Shown: positions 63,760-64,000 of the stretch, one piece after another
Layout: the number at the start of each line of letters is the position of its first letter
Position numbering within the stretch: the first letter of the stretch is position 1
Origin: an uncultured Methanoregulaceae archaeon
GTDB taxonomy: Archaea; Halobacteriota; Methanomicrobia; Methanomicrobiales; Methanospirillaceae
Assembly (NCBI GenBank): GCA_963841015.1
Contig: CAWJAX010000003.1
Coordinates: forward strand, 128,001 to 192,000
DNA length: 64,000 nucleotides
Direction: 5' to 3'
Program-made: the position numbers and the translations under genes
Notes under the pieces: model-generated
What the model was told of the DNA's origin: nothing
The model's database searches: none
Seen by the model: the letters and a program-made list of their open reading frames with translations, nothing else

Positions 63760-64000
63760 AATTTATCAGTCATCCTCTAATCAAGCCCGATACTATCGAG
63801 TCAAGGGAGTACCAGCTTTCGATAGCGATGCGGGCTCTGGATGCAAATACGATGGTAATTCTCCCGACCGGTCTTGGCAAGACCGCTGTAGCGTTGCTCG
63901 TTGCGGCGTCGCGGCTTTATAATGAGGGCGGGCGGGTGCTTATGCTGGCCCCGACAAAACCGCTCGTCGAACAACACCTCCGTTTTTTTGAGCGTTATCT
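63756..64000 (+). CDS. Hef/FANCM-like DEAH helicase, N-terminus (runs off window)
   Basis: MKFISHPLIKPDTIESREYQ...NTMVILPTGLGKT...LAPTKPLVEQH; ATGA overlap with the glyS stop. Confidence 0.9.
   Translation, partial: MKFISHPLIKPDTIESREYQLSIAMRALDANTMVILPTGLGKTAVALLVAASRLYNEGGRVLMLAPTKPLVEQHLRFFERY

Noticed and set aside
1-64000. CRISPR array, cas genes, prophage or integrase, autonomous IS
   Set aside because: No regularly spaced direct repeats and no such ORFs seen; both tRNAs have ordinary flanks with no visible att duplication.

Overview
Core-genome segment of a hydrogenotrophic methanogen, most likely Methanomicrobiales (Methanoregula-like). The assignment rests on the cfb F430 genes, methanogenesis marker 9, archaeosine genes, Alba, PCNA/PriL and archaeal RNase P RNA. 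About 55 protein genes are present: tgtA-arcS plus the radical-SAM partner, nfnAB, a ppk1-CHAD-ppx polyphosphate operon, cimA/leuA-ilvBN, cfbAEDB, hypCAE, cdrS-ftsZ, asd/dapAB, serS, glyS and the start of a Hef helicase. RNA genes are RNase P RNA, tRNA-Glu(UUC) and tRNA-Ser(UGA). The main feature not explained by the ORF track is a dispersed family of ~210-bp intergenic elements, with six copies aligned by eye at 823, 5137, 32030, 44528, 53852 and 61595. They have IS903-like terminal inverted repeats, a 9-bp target duplication at one copy, and conserved internal hairpins whose G-U wobbles all favour one strand, so this looks like a MITE carrying a structured RNA/ssDNA. About nine small indels in six otherwise intact conserved genes look like long-read assembly errors. 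All calls come from reading the sequence and recalled family motifs; no searches were run.
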